Source of the DNA: Octopus bimaculoides
Lineage: Eukaryota
Direction of reading: 5' to 3'
Length of the DNA stretch: 64,000 nucleotides
NCBI RefSeq assembly: GCF_001194135.2
Contig: NC_068999.1
Coordinates: 45,488,192-45,552,191, forward strand
The position numbers and the translations under genes are program-made. Below the pieces are notes generated by a model. It was not told the origin of the DNA, did not search any database, and saw only the letters and a program-made list of their open reading frames with translations. Shown here one piece after another: positions 62,666 through 64,000 of this stretch (positions are counted from its first letter, which is position 1; every line of letters begins with the position of its first letter).

Positions 62666-64000
62666 GAACCGTTACGTATGCTGACATTTTAAAGCAGGGT
62701 AATATTTCTTGAAAGTGCAGCGTTCAATATACAAGAACAAAATAAAGAAAATTGAAATACGATGAGAAACGACACACACAAAAAAAAATACGATGTTGAT
62801 TTTAAATGTTAGATTTTGAACATTGTAACCAATATTGGAACGAGTTGCTTTGCTAACACTTCCTAGAGGTAACTTGTCACTTGGTGATTAATTCCTGCTT
62901 TTTTCCATTAAAAATTACACTTGAAGAGAATATGTACATATGTATGCGCATTCATACTTTATTTGTGTGTACATACACACACACACACTGTATATGTGTA
63001 TGAGCATGTGTACCTATACATATGTATGTATAACACATATACCTACCTATATACACATGCATACATATAAACACACATACATATACTTATATACATAACA
63101 TGTATATGAAAGTTTGTATGTATGTCTGTACATGTCTCTGTGTGTGTGTGTGTGTGTGTATGCTTAATGTGTATGATTGTTTGTGTCTATATATGTATTT
63201 ATCTTTGTGTGTGTGTGTGTGTGTTTATGTACTTATATAGGTTTAAATGTGAAAGAGTTACACAACAATGTGGAACAGATTAGCAATATTTATTTTTAAG
63301 CTGAAATTGCAGAGTTTGCAATTACATTGCACATTTTACCGATTCCGAAACCACTGAAAGAAATAACGGAACCAAACTCATATTTTTGCTATGGAACAGA
63401 ATATAAAAAAGAAAATAACCAGTGAACATGGAAGTTAACCAAGTTAACAATTATAAAACTTTTTGATACTGTTGCAACATGTATTATTATAGCATAATGT
63501 TTTCCGCCTTGAGTGATTTTATTATACAATGCAACATGAAGAATATTTGTTACCTGTGAGCTAAAGAAAATGTTTGATCTCTTTAGAGTGTGGATTAATA
63601 TATAATGAAACACTTCTGAGTTCTTTCATTCTTTTTTTTTTTTGTTTTTTTTTTCCTGATAGGTCATTTATAATATTTTTGAAAGATTTTCTTAGTGAGA
63701 AGAAAAATATATCATTTCTGAATTTGTGTTTAAGAAATTTTTGCAAAAATGATATATATTAATTTTCTCTCCAACGCAAAAAACTGCAATTACTGTTTCT
63801 TCGTTTATAAGATTTGGCATGTTGCAATATTAATTTTTAAAATATTTAATATTTCATAGTTTATAACATCCTTCTTCTTCAAAGACCACATGTATTTAAT
63901 AGACTTGTACCCAAAGATATTACTGGATTTCTAAAAGAATGTTCATGCTAATCAAATCGCCCCTTAAAACTATTATCACTTTACCGAGTGTATTCTTTGG

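Noticed and set aside
63240-63968. Possible TTAA-flanked (Kolobok-like) DNA element ending CCCC|TTAA
   Set aside because: No matching left TIR could be identified with confidence.

Overview
AT-rich eukaryotic DNA with 15 N-gaps, most next to microsatellites. It is saturated with microsatellites and short interspersed repeats. The repeat families (tRNA-headed SINEs with CORE-like and Meta-like bodies, RTE-type 3' tails ending in (GAT)n, TTAA-flanked MITEs) look like an octopus (coleoid cephalopod) intronic or intergenic region; the species assignment is inference only. No intact host gene is recognisable, and nearly all ORFs in the track are microsatellite or N artefacts. The recognisable protein-coding remnants are transposon-derived: an uninterrupted C-terminal restriction-like endonuclease (RLE) domain of an R4/Dong-clade retrotransposon inside a (TAA)n array (25365-25923, minus), an RTE/BovB-like ORF2 fragment (54205-54395), a Tc1/mariner left end with the transposase N-terminus (54646-54968, minus), a hAT C-terminus with its TIR (20506-20800), a mariner C-terminal remnant, and a weak CR1/Jockey-like end. 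The most unusual item is a composite element at 54396-54646: a tRNA-like head, then (TAA)n, a minimal type I hammerhead ribozyme of the Penelope-like kind, and a 9-bp tandem tail. A few minus-strand micro-exon candidates, the best at 28376-28403, may trace a host gene with very long introns. Repeat boundaries were read by eye and are approximate (about +/-10 nt).
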